A DNA stretch of 64,000 nucleotides, from the NCBI GenBank assembly GCA_937996685.1, contig CALKUP010000006.1, positions 1 to 64,000 on the forward strand. Reading direction: 5' to 3'. A program made the translations under genes and the position numbers. The notes beneath the pieces were generated by a model. It did no database searches and was not told where the DNA came from. It worked only from the letters and a program-made list of their open reading frames with translations. The stretch comes from an uncultured bacterium (GTDB taxonomy: Bacteria > Patescibacteriota > Patescibacteriia > UBA9570 > XYC2-FULL-38-9). This document shows, in pieces, positions 11,160 to 20,221 of the stretch. Within the stretch, counting starts at the first letter, position 1; every line of letters begins with the position of its first letter.

Positions 11160-11672
11160 TTAAAATGCGCGATGTGTTGAAATGGCGTTATCAATAAATA
11201 CACGGGCGAATAGGTGATCCATTTCATGTTGTAAAATACGAGCAAACATACCTTTTGCTTTAATATCAATCGGTTGTCCATTTCGTTGCAGTGCCTTAAT
11301 CCGAATTTTTGATGCACGTTCAATTGGTCCATAGATCCCAGGAACAGACAAGCAGCCTTCTTCTTGAATCGTGCTGCGGCCAGAAGCAGTAACAATGCGC
11401 GGATTAATCAACACAAGATGGTTATCATCAAGCAAATATTCGTCATCAACGTAGTCTTTTTCAATCACAATCACAGATACCGGGTCGCCAATTTGGCAAG
11501 CGGCAATTCCAATCCCTTGAAAATCAACCATGGCTGCAATCAGATGATCGAAGTATTGTTGCGACTCTGGAGTCAGAATAGCATCTTCATCAAATGGTTG
11601 AGAGAGTGTGCGTACGCTCGCATCAGCGTCAACAGTATGGATGCGAAATGGGTGGGTGTTTGTTGCGTGCAT
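11160..11672 (-). CDS. def: Peptide deformylase
   Basis: GIGIAACQIG, EGCLS, QHEMDH. Confidence 0.95.
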   Translation of the reverse strand: MHATNTHPFRIHTVDADASVRTLSQPFDEDAILTPESQQYFDHLIAAMVDFQGIGIAACQIGDPVSVIVIEKDYVDDEYLLDDNHLVLINPRIVTASGRSTIQEEGCLSVPGIYGPIERASKIRIKALQRNGQPIDIKAKGMFARILQHEMDHLFARVFIDNAISTHRAF

Positions 11673-11699
11673 ATACAGCCTATCCTACGAAAAATACGG

Positions 11700-13277
11700 T
11701 TACTCGTCAACAACATCAATGATGCTTTGCGGGTCAATCCCTGCGATTTCTGGCCTTTCTGTAACCTTGAGGACATCAGTACTGTGTTGCGGGCGAATAA
11801 GCCAATAGCTCTGAGCAGGTGGTAGACGGAGCATTTTTCGCATTGCATATTCAGCGGTTAAAAAGCCCGGAACATCATTTTGTATAACCCGAGACCAGAG
11901 GGGGTGATGTGGAGCATGTGTTTGGATAATCAATGGTCGTGATTGATCCTGTAAGGCCACAAGAAGCTGAAATACGCGCTCTTCAGACTGATAATGAGGA
12001 AATGTCAGCAAGTGATCAACAGAGAGAACAATCACCGCTGTAAACGCACTCAAAGGGAGGACTCGCAAGACCTTCTCTGTCCCAATGATAATATCAGCGT
12101 CAATGGTAACACCCGTGAGATCAGTTGTTGAATCAATCCGTTGTATTCTTTTGCCTGGGAACGCTTGAGCAATTTCCGTTTCAAGTTGCACCGTACCTTT
12201 GCGGATGATTCGAATATCCGTCCCGTGGCAGCGGATACATGTTGTCGCTGTTGTTGGTGTGGTGTGTCCACAAGACTGACATGCCCCAATTGTCTGGAAG
12301 CCGATGCGGTTAAAAAATACAAAGACTTTTCCGTTTTGCGAAAGCGCGTCATGTGCAACATCAGAAAGCCAACCTTGTTTTGTAAAGTGGTTCATATCAA
12401 CGATCTGTACGGCCGGCAGATTTTTTGTCCGGCTATCCCGAAGTGTATATCGACCTTGCTCAACTTGTTTCCATGTCCAAACAGACGGTGTCTTGCTGAC
12501 AAGAAATAATTGCCGTATTGGCGAATGCCCTTGTTGCGCTAAAAAATCCGCAACTACACCAGCTCGATATCTCGGGTTGAGGTCATACTGCTTTAATGCT
12601 TTTTCGTGCTCATCATCAATGATAACGGTTGTATCAGACATGGCCAAAAATAGCGCTTTACGACTTCCGATAATAACAACTGCCTCGTTCGCTAGAATTT
12701 TTTCTTGAGCAGCTGTCCAGATCTTTTTGCTATGCGAACCAAACAAAGACAGGTAGGGGATGTTGTGTTGTTGGAAAAATTTCTCCCGTTCCTTTGCGAC
12801 ATATTCTTCTGGTTCGATCAGCAAGACCGTGCCTTGTTGCGCTTGAATTGTTTTTTGCAAAAAACCTTCACGATCTTCTTCTGTTTGAATAAGTACACAT
12901 TGAGGTTCAGGAATTACATCTCGCTCTGTTTCTTTTTGCATCTCAAAGAATGCTTTTTTTGTGTAGAGTTGATGGAGGGTATGAAATGCAGTTGGCAATG
13001 ACACGTAGTAGTAATCAGCAAACCAGCGTAAAAATTCAAGACGCTGAGGACTTGCCCATAGGCTATAGGACTCTTGCGAAAGTATATTTTTTGGTTTTTT
13101 TGCGACGGTTGTATCTTGGACAGAAGCAACAACACCGAGGCGCTCTGTATTGCGTAACGGTATTTTGACAAGCGAACCAGGAACAATTGACCCTATAAGG
13201 TCATCAGGAATGCCATAGTCAAAAAAATCAACCCCACGCGGGGTCTTTTGATACGGAATTACTGACGCATACTGCAT
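11700..13277 (-). CDS. priA: Primosomal protein N' (PriA), degenerate
   Basis: PriA 3'-DNA-binding N-terminus (FDY...GSLVKIPL), IIDDEH, FFNRIG, CxxC..CxxC, GTVQLE; priA-def-fmt synteny. Walker A is missing. Confidence 0.8.
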   Translation of the reverse strand: MQYASVIPYQKTPRGVDFFDYGIPDDLIGSIVPGSLVKIPLRNTERLGVVASVQDTTVAKKPKNILSQESYSLWASPQRLEFLRWFADYYYVSLPTAFHTLHQLYTKKAFFEMQKETERDVIPEPQCVLIQTEEDREGFLQKTIQAQQGTVLLIEPEEYVAKEREKFFQQHNIPYLSLFGSHSKKIWTAAQEKILANEAVVIIGSRKALFLAMSDTTVIIDDEHEKALKQYDLNPRYRAGVVADFLAQQGHSPIRQLFLVSKTPSVWTWKQVEQGRYTLRDSRTKNLPAVQIVDMNHFTKQGWLSDVAHDALSQNGKVFVFFNRIGFQTIGACQSCGHTTPTTATTCIRCHGTDIRIIRKGTVQLETEIAQAFPGKRIQRIDSTTDLTGVTIDADIIIGTEKVLRVLPLSAFTAVIVLSVDHLLTFPHYQSEERVFQLLVALQDQSRPLIIQTHAPHHPLWSRVIQNDVPGFLTAEYAMRKMLRLPPAQSYWLIRPQHSTDVLKVTERPEIAGIDPQSIIDVVDE

Positions 13278-13293
13278 GAAAAAAAGAGGAATA

Positions 13294-14010
13294 TTAAGAC
13301 ATTGTCAGATCGGCAACAAGCATGAGGCCAGCGTCCGTATTTGTACTGCAAAGCAAACGAGAATTAAACTGTGTTCCATGAAAAGCCGAAAGAAAGGCGT
13401 GAATTGTCGTCTCTGATCTTCCGTCAATTGCCACTGGTTTTGTTGCTTGTAAATCTTTTAACGTGTTCTGTGTTACAGCTTTTTGTAATCCCACAAGAAA
13501 ATCAGAAGATTGATCGTCTGGAGTAATAGCTGCAACAAATGCAATTCGTGTATTTGCGCTTAATAAAGTCGACCCAAGCGCGTCTCCAAGTTTTACAATC
13601 TGAGAAAGAGGGAAGACCTCGGAGCTCAACGGAAGGCGCACATGAACGTATTTTGCATTCTGCAGATGACTTGAGATCCTTGTTAATGAAATAGCAACAT
13701 CAGAATCGATGTGCTCTGAAGCATCTAAGTACAACCAGTCACTGTGTCCACGATTTGCGCACTCAGATTTCATGTGCATGATGAGCTCGATGTCATTTTT
13801 CATGATACAGTTACCATCGGGTGTTTTTAAGCATTCAGCAATACTCACTGTTGCAACTGTGTCTGTTTCAGGGGCAGTATCCAATACAACGATGGTGTCA
13901 GGTCGCATAAAATAGAGCTCTCCTTCAATTTCAGAAAAAGCCGCTCGCAAATCAGGCGCTGTCGGCGCTGTTGTGAGTTGAGGAATAATACTGCCGTGAA
14001 CTATAGACAT
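13294..14010 (-). CDS. Divergent MEMO1/LigB-fold (AmmeMemoRadiSam B-like) protein
   Basis: N-terminal MSIVHGSIIP...RPDTIVVL and RIAFVA resemble the family; metal-binding His residues not recognisable. Confidence 0.5.
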   Translation of the reverse strand: MSIVHGSIIPQLTTAPTAPDLRAAFSEIEGELYFMRPDTIVVLDTAPETDTVATVSIAECLKTPDGNCIMKNDIELIMHMKSECANRGHSDWLYLDASEHIDSDVAISLTRISSHLQNAKYVHVRLPLSSEVFPLSQIVKLGDALGSTLLSANTRIAFVAAITPDDQSSDFLVGLQKAVTQNTLKDLQATKPVAIDGRSETTIHAFLSAFHGTQFNSRLLCSTNTDAGLMLVADLTMS

Positions 14011-14014
14011 ACAG

Positions 14015-15520
14015 TTATTTTTTCTTTGTAGCAGTACTTGTTTTTGTTTGTGCTTTTTTCACAGTAGCACTCGCTTTCTTCGTTGTTGTTTTCTTTTTGA
14101 GAGAAATTTTTGCGCCAGCTGGATGTAGGTTTAAGATTTTTTGGTCAACAACAATAACATTGGAAATTTTATATCCATAGGCATCGAATGCCGCACGAGA
14201 ATCGAATGCAAGGCGCTTACCTTTAGAAATCACGTAAATTGATTTTCCATTTTTTGTTCGAACAAGCGTTCCATCTCGAAGCAAAAGCGGTTGTTTGACT
14301 TTGAATGATGCGTATTTTTCAGCAGAAACTGTTTCAATACTCTTGAAACCTGTACCAAACTGATTATTTAAGATGTCTTTTGAGAAAATTGCATACCCTT
14401 TATTTTCTGGGGTAATCCATGCGAGCTCGCCAGTTGCTTGATTGCGGACAATTGCACCGTTTGGATAAGTTTGTTTTGAAGAGATGTTTTTTCCAGTCTT
14501 GTAACCAACGATTTCACGAGTCGCGACTGAAATAACTTCTGATGCCTGGAAGCCAGAGTTTTTGAATGATTCTCGGTCTTCAAATTCACGCAATGTGTCG
14601 CCAACAACAAGATATAACTTGGAGTCAGGGGTCTGAAGGATTGAGTAGTTCGGGAATGAAATTGGAGTACCGGTTTGATATTTATTAATGACAGTTGCTG
14701 GAACTTTGATAATTGATTGGTTTCCGTAATTCGCAAGCAAAGCACTTTTTGAATTAAATCTTCGCTTTTTACCACCTTGAATCAAATAGACTGTGTTTTC
14801 ATGTTGCAGCAATGTTCCAGATGGATAGGTAATACTCGGATTCCATTCTTGCCACAATTTTGAAAAGAGGGAATTCGCACCATACCGAGAACTTCCGCCG
14901 CCGTACGCACCAACCCATGGATTATATGTATAGAGGGCAGCTGTTGCATTATTTGTCGGAGTAACAGCAACGCCATCAGCAGTGACCTTTGTTTTTCCTG
15001 GGCCCCAACCGGAACGAGTCGTCCCGCGATTTTCTAAATCAGTCAGGTATCGATTACGAAATTGCCACCCAGCTGAATCAAATTGATTTGCAATGCCTTT
15101 ATATGTCGCTGCTTGTTTTGCGGTACAACTATCACAATACCCAAAACCAAGAATCCATTTGTCCATTGATGCAGTCACTCGAGAAGAGGTGACAGCACCT
15201 GACTCCTTTTGCGCTAATACTAAAAACAACATTGGGTTCAAGTTGTATCGTTTTGAGACGTTTGAAATAATATCAGAAACATAACGGTCTTTACCGTCAA
15301 CGTCTTTTGTTTTGTAATCAGCCAGCGCAGACCCTTTGCTGTCGAGAAACTCTCGAACGCCTTTTGCGCTCAAGTAATTCTTGTTTGTCATGTCAGTATC
15401 TGAAATGATGTAGTTTTTATCGAAAGAAAATGCGAGTGTTTGGTGCGGAGCAAACAAGGTGAATGCTGTCGCTGCAGCAAAAAGGGCCGCGTTCAATTTT
15501 TTCATTTTTGTGTACTTCAT
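14015..15520 (-). CDS. Secreted protein with a putative lysozyme-like domain, four ~60-aa repeats and a Lys/Thr-rich tail
   Basis: Signal peptide; LNPMLFLVLAQKES, GFGYCDS, TAALYTYNPW; repeats start YPSGTLL, FPNYSIL, YPNGAIV, LRDGTLV. Confidence 0.75.
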   Translation of the reverse strand: MKYTKMKKLNAALFAAATAFTLFAPHQTLAFSFDKNYIISDTDMTNKNYLSAKGVREFLDSKGSALADYKTKDVDGKDRYVSDIISNVSKRYNLNPMLFLVLAQKESGAVTSSRVTASMDKWILGFGYCDSCTAKQAATYKGIANQFDSAGWQFRNRYLTDLENRGTTRSGWGPGKTKVTADGVAVTPTNNATAALYTYNPWVGAYGGGSSRYGANSLFSKLWQEWNPSITYPSGTLLQHENTVYLIQGGKKRRFNSKSALLANYGNQSIIKVPATVINKYQTGTPISFPNYSILQTPDSKLYLVVGDTLREFEDRESFKNSGFQASEVISVATREIVGYKTGKNISSKQTYPNGAIVRNQATGELAWITPENKGYAIFSKDILNNQFGTGFKSIETVSAEKYASFKVKQPLLLRDGTLVRTKNGKSIYVISKGKRLAFDSRAAFDAYGYKISNVIVVDQKILNLHPAGAKISLKKKTTTKKASATVKKAQTKTSTATKKK

Positions 15521-15594
15521 AGTGTATATACTATACCATTTTTCAGAATAATCGACAACAAGACCGGCGCAATAATTGTTTATAAGTATGGTGG

Positions 15595-15623
15595 TTGCAA
15601 AAACAAGCTCTATTTGGCATACT
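15595..15623 (+). promoter_or_regulatory. sigma70-type promoter of gltX, probably leaderless
   Basis: TTGCAA-17 nt-CATACT with extended TG; ATG at 15631 is 7 nt downstream. Confidence 0.5.
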
Positions 15624-15630
15624 AGGCGAC

Positions 15631-17151
15631 ATGACTACACAACATACCGACACAATCAGTCGCAAGGTACGAACTCGTTTCGCGCCTTCACCAACAGGCA
15701 GTTTGCATATCGGAGGCGCTAGAACCGCCTTGTTTGCATATCTATGGGCAAAACATAACAACGGAGACTTTTTATTACGCGTTGAAGACACCGATAAAGT
15801 ACGGGAAGTTCCTGGAAGTGGGGAAGAACAACGCGAAGGGTTGCGTTGGCTCGGCATTCAATGGGATGAAGGCCCAGAAGTTGGGGGAGAATATGGCCCG
15901 TATAAACAAAGTGAGCGCTTGGATATCTACAAAGAACATGCGCAAATACTACTAGATTCTGGGCATGCATATTATTGTTTTTGTACTCCAGAACGCTTAG
16001 ATCACATGCGTCGCGATCAACAAGCCCAAAAACTCCCGCCTCGATATGATCGACATTGCTTGACTCTGTCTGCTGAAGAAATTGCGAGCAAACAAGCAAA
16101 TAATGAAAAACATGTTGTGCGGTTAAAAATGCCGACTGAAGGGGCTGTTGTGGTTCGCGACATGGTTCGCGGTGAGCTAACATTTCAATACAAAGACATC
16201 GACGATCAAGTGTTGATGAAATCTGATGGATACCCAACATATCACCTTGCAAATGTGGTTGATGATCACCTCATGGAAATTACCGATGTTATCCGAGGGG
16301 AAGAGTGGCTCCCGTCAACACCGAAGCACATCTATCTCTATGAAGTATTTGGCTGGCAAGCACCAAGCTTTACCCATCTCACCGTTTTTTTGAGTAAGAA
16401 GGGCGGCAAAATGAGTAAGCGTGATGGAGAAACAGCGTTGCTTGCATTCCGGTCACTTGGGTATTTACCAGAAGCTGTTGTCAATTACAGTGCACTTCTT
16501 GGCTGGAACCCAAAGACCGAAGAAGAATTTTTTTCCATGAGTGACCTGATCGAAAAATTCGACTTATCAATGCTCAATGCAGGAAATCCGGTCTTTGAAA
16601 CTGAGAAACTCGACTGGCTGAATGCTCAGTACCTGAAGAAAAAAAGTGTTCAAGAATTTATTGAAGATATCCACACCTTTAAAAATCATGTAACAGGGGA
16701 GAATGGTGATAAAATTTCCGAATTTATTGAGTATTTTGAGTTTTTACCGATTCAAAAACAGGAGTCTATTTGGTCTTCTTTAAAAGAGCGAACAAAAAAA
16801 TTACTCGATGTTGTATCGGTCAATGAAGTACTCGCGGAACTCCCTGAATATGATGCAGAGCTCCTTGTATGGAAGAAGTCTACAAAGGAAGGCGCAATTG
16901 CAGCACTGACTGCTGTTATTGAGCAATTCAAAACAGTTGAGTCAGAGCATTTTATCGTTTCTGAGATTCAACCAGCAATTCTTGATTGGATCAAAACAAC
17001 AGAATGGGGGAACGGTGACGTATTGTGGCCAACACGTTTTGCTCTATCGGGCCTTGCGCAATCACCGTCACCATTTGAACTTGCTGAAATTCTTGGCAGA
17101 GAAGAATCAGTCCGTCGATTAGAGCTGGCTGTACAAAAATTACAGAGGTAG
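15631..17151 (+). CDS. gltX: Glutamate--tRNA ligase
   Basis: RTRFAPSPTG, HIGG, YYCFC, KMSKR. Confidence 0.97.
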   Translation: MTTQHTDTISRKVRTRFAPSPTGSLHIGGARTALFAYLWAKHNNGDFLLRVEDTDKVREVPGSGEEQREGLRWLGIQWDEGPEVGGEYGPYKQSERLDIYKEHAQILLDSGHAYYCFCTPERLDHMRRDQQAQKLPPRYDRHCLTLSAEEIASKQANNEKHVVRLKMPTEGAVVVRDMVRGELTFQYKDIDDQVLMKSDGYPTYHLANVVDDHLMEITDVIRGEEWLPSTPKHIYLYEVFGWQAPSFTHLTVFLSKKGGKMSKRDGETALLAFRSLGYLPEAVVNYSALLGWNPKTEEEFFSMSDLIEKFDLSMLNAGNPVFETEKLDWLNAQYLKKKSVQEFIEDIHTFKNHVTGENGDKISEFIEYFEFLPIQKQESIWSSLKERTKKLLDVVSVNEVLAELPEYDAELLVWKKSTKEGAIAALTAVIEQFKTVESEHFIVSEIQPAILDWIKTTEWGNGDVLWPTRFALSGLAQSPSPFELAEILGREESVRRLELAVQKLQR

Positions 17152-17174
17152 CCACACCTCTGTTTACTAGCGAG

Positions 17175-17205
17175 AAAAATACCCTTGAGCGCGGGGGTAT
17201 TTTTT
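17175..17205 (+). terminator. Intrinsic terminator after gltX, possibly bidirectional
   Basis: AAAAATACCC...GGGTATTTTTT inverted repeat. Confidence 0.7.
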
Positions 17206-17213
17206 GTTATACT
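17185..17213 (+). promoter_or_regulatory. sigma70-type promoter overlapping the gltX terminator
   Basis: TTGAGC-17 nt-TATACT; ATG 9 nt downstream. Confidence 0.5.
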
Positions 17214-17222
17214 AAGGAGCAT

Positions 17223-18575
17223 ATGAATATCGTAAATACACAAAAATACAAGAAAACAGTCTATAGAATACTCCTTGGTCTATGCGTTATCGGCGCTACA
17301 CTTGGCGGAGCCCATCAAGTGCTAGCGACTCGTCTTGATAATGCTGTTTTCGATAATATCGTTAACCAAGAAATCAACAAAGATTCTTCCTTAACAACGT
17401 TGAATTCAGACATTGAACAAAAGGCAAAACAGGTGAGAGACATCGAAGAGAAGCTCAAAATCTATAAAGACAACTTAGAGAAAAAGCAACAAGAGAAATT
17501 TTCGCTCCAACAAGAAATTAGCACTATCGAAACCCGCATCGATAGCGCACAGGCAGATATTGGAAAGAACCAGACTGAGATTGATATTCTCGGGCTCGAA
17601 CTCCAGGTCCTTGAGAAGCAAATTACTGTTGCTGAAAATGATATTGAACGTCAAAAAGCTATTTTAAAAGGCGTTATCAAAGAACTGTACCTACGCGACA
17701 AGCAAAGTCCGTTTGAAATTGCGATGCAAAGTACAAATTTGTCTGATTTCTACTCAGAAGCAGAGTACACCAGTCGAATTCAGAAAGAAATGCAGGAAAC
17801 AGTCGATGCTGTACAAAAAAATAAAGATGATTTGAATCAGAAAAAAACCGAGCTTGCAGAAAAAAAATCAGGTGTCGCGAAAGAAACTGCTGATTTGCAA
17901 ACAAAAAAAGATCAACTCGAAGGGGATCAGGCATACAAAGGCCAACTTCTTGATCAAACAAAGCAGTCTGAAGAAGAGTTTCAAAAGCTTGTGAGTCAAG
18001 CAAAATCAGACCAAGCGCAAATGGAGGGCCAAATTTCAGGCTTGCAAACACAAGCGCAGTCTAAAATCAGTAAGATTAAAGCGGAGATACAAGCACGTTT
18101 AAGTGACGGGGATAAAACAAACGACACTTTAACAACAGAAGAAGAGGCTATTACAGAAAGCAAAACTGGCTTTATTTGGCCGATTCCTTCACGAACAATT
18201 ACATGCGGCTTTCATTGTGGTGGCTACCCATTCCAAAACTATATCGGGCCCCATTCAGGAATGGATATTGCGACACCAGTCGGCACGCCAATTAGAGCGG
18301 CTGCAGCGGGGTATGTTGCACGTGTTGTCTTTGATCCAGGCTCATCACGACTTGGCTGGATTATGATTGTTCATGGAGACGGCCTCGCTACCGTGTATAT
18401 GCATGTTAGCGGTGTAAACGTCACTGCAGATCAATTCGTGGCTCAAGGGCAGGTTATTGGACGCTCCGGTGGTCTCGCTGGCACGCCTGGATCAGGATTA
18501 TCAACTGGAGCTCATCTTCACTTTGAAGTCCGCTTAAATGGTATCCCAACAAACCCAGCAAGCTACTTGCCATAA
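17223..18575 (+). CDS. Coiled-coil + M23 metallopeptidase (EnvC/CwlO-like murein hydrolase)
   Basis: Signal/TM, long heptad region, then HSGMD, TVYMH and HLHFEVR with Zn ligands intact. Confidence 0.92.
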   Translation: MNIVNTQKYKKTVYRILLGLCVIGATLGGAHQVLATRLDNAVFDNIVNQEINKDSSLTTLNSDIEQKAKQVRDIEEKLKIYKDNLEKKQQEKFSLQQEISTIETRIDSAQADIGKNQTEIDILGLELQVLEKQITVAENDIERQKAILKGVIKELYLRDKQSPFEIAMQSTNLSDFYSEAEYTSRIQKEMQETVDAVQKNKDDLNQKKTELAEKKSGVAKETADLQTKKDQLEGDQAYKGQLLDQTKQSEEEFQKLVSQAKSDQAQMEGQISGLQTQAQSKISKIKAEIQARLSDGDKTNDTLTTEEEAITESKTGFIWPIPSRTITCGFHCGGYPFQNYIGPHSGMDIATPVGTPIRAAAAGYVARVVFDPGSSRLGWIMIVHGDGLATVYMHVSGVNVTADQFVAQGQVIGRSGGLAGTPGSGLSTGAHLHFEVRLNGIPTNPASYLP

Positions 18576-18610
18576 AAGGTCTTTGGGGACAAGGCAAGTC
18601 ACAATAATAT

Positions 18611-18650
18611 AATACGCAGCAGGGGACGATAGACGTCCCTTTGTTGTATT
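18611..18650 (+). terminator. Hairpin after the M23 gene (terminator or part of an ncRNA)
   Basis: GCAGCAGGGGACG...CGTCCCTTTGTTGT stem with a U-rich 3' side. Confidence 0.5.
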
Positions 18651-18929
18651 CATGCATATCTCGGTCATCCAGAAGCATGGACTCAAGAGATGTGTAAGGA
18701 AGATAGCGGGGAAATAAAAAACTCTACATGATGCTCAAGAAAAAATATACGGCTGCAACACACACAACACCCGGTATTCATGAACAGACTTTTCGATTGC
18801 TCGAGTTGAAGGGAACACCGCAAATCGACCCTCTAGCGCGTTTGTATATGTGTCGCACAATATACCTTTTACGACTCTTTAATATCCAAAATAGAAAGGA
18901 TACTGCATATATCCTTCCATTTACGTATT

Positions 18930-20168
18930 TTATTTTATGTAGACTCTATCCGCGATGCGCACATCTACTGTCTTTGTTGTTCCTGACTGCACCTTCCCTT
19001 GTTGTGTCACAATCCGTAGTTGCTCTACCTGTTGTTCCATGTCTCGCATCGTATCAAACTTCACCTCTATGACACCCTTGCCATCTTTTTGGATCAACAC
19101 GTGAAGATCTGACGCTACTTGCACAAAGTCACACGCAACAACTTTATCAACCGTCGCCCATTCAAGTTTTTGCGGAACGGCAGTATTTGTCGCCACTGGC
19201 GCTTTTGTCTCCTGCTCTTCTTTTTTTACTTCTTCTAACGCCGCGAGACTTTCTTCAATGTCTAACTCGCCTTTTTTAAACTGCTCTTGAATAACACGTT
19301 TTTTTTCTTTAAATGCATCCGTGGTTGAATCAGTGATCGCATCGGCAAAAATTTGCTGCGCGACATATTCCTGTTCTTTGCAGGTCATGACTGGAAAAAC
19401 GAATGATTCAACATTCCACCCATTTTCCACTAACAGATCTTTAACCGCCATTAAATCGCTGAGATAGTCAGGATGAATAATTTGCCAACCGATCCCCAGT
19501 TGGGCTCTATTTTTATCGAAAATTTGAGGTAATTTTGTATCAACCTCATTTTTATTTGTTGTTTCTGCGGTAACAACGCCCTTATGATCAATTGTATAAT
19601 AATGATCAACTCCTCCAGCATCGCGTGTTGCCCAAATAACACTTGGAACACGCTCTGTAATTTGCACTTGTAACGTGTTTGGGTACTTTTTTGTGACCTG
19701 AATGTCTTCTGCAGCGAAATTATTTGCAAAACCAGATTTTAGTTGTCGGGTCACCGACGATTCCGAAATGGTCCAGTATCTATTTTTTGGGATTCCCAAG
19801 AATGAATCCTGCAGCAACGCGTTTGTTTTATCAATCACCTCTTGTTTTGGGATAAATTGAGTATCATTCACTGTAATATTTCGAAGTACAAATTGATCGC
19901 TTTGAAATACAATAATATACGCCCCTACTCCAAGAATTCCAAAAATACCAGCAAGAGCGAAGCCATCTTTTCGCATAAACGCATCAAACGCAATTCGAGC
20001 GTCTGTTTTTGTTTTTGGTGTCTGTGTTTTACGGAATTGATTTTTTTGTGCTGGTGTAACAAATTTTGTACTACGAGAAACAGCCCGCAAAGAGGCTTGT
20101 TGTTCCTTGAGTGACTGCATGCGAGCTGATTGTCGTCGCTTTTTGTATGCCTGTAATAATACCTTCAT
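18930..20168 (-). CDS. FtsQ/DivIB-like cell division protein with an insertion
   Basis: Basic cytoplasmic N-terminus, one TM, POTRA-type VTKKYPNTLQVQITER, C-terminal VDVRIADRVYIK. Confidence 0.7.
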   Translation of the reverse strand: MKVLLQAYKKRRQSARMQSLKEQQASLRAVSRSTKFVTPAQKNQFRKTQTPKTKTDARIAFDAFMRKDGFALAGIFGILGVGAYIIVFQSDQFVLRNITVNDTQFIPKQEVIDKTNALLQDSFLGIPKNRYWTISESSVTRQLKSGFANNFAAEDIQVTKKYPNTLQVQITERVPSVIWATRDAGGVDHYYTIDHKGVVTAETTNKNEVDTKLPQIFDKNRAQLGIGWQIIHPDYLSDLMAVKDLLVENGWNVESFVFPVMTCKEQEYVAQQIFADAITDSTTDAFKEKKRVIQEQFKKGELDIEESLAALEEVKKEEQETKAPVATNTAVPQKLEWATVDKVVACDFVQVASDLHVLIQKDGKGVIEVKFDTMRDMEQQVEQLRIVTQQGKVQSGTTKTVDVRIADRVYIK

Positions 20169-20221
20169 AGTACGTCCTTATAGTATAGAGATTTTTTAAC
20201 AAAATTGCTATACTCACCTAT

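Noticed and set aside
18620-18929. GGGGAC start resembling a tmRNA 5' end
   Set aside because: No tRNA-like T-arm or CCA 3' end, and no tag reading frame found.
18728-19072. 114-aa plus-strand ORF
   Set aside because: It overlaps the ftsQ-like gene antisense and has no recognisable motif; probably spurious.
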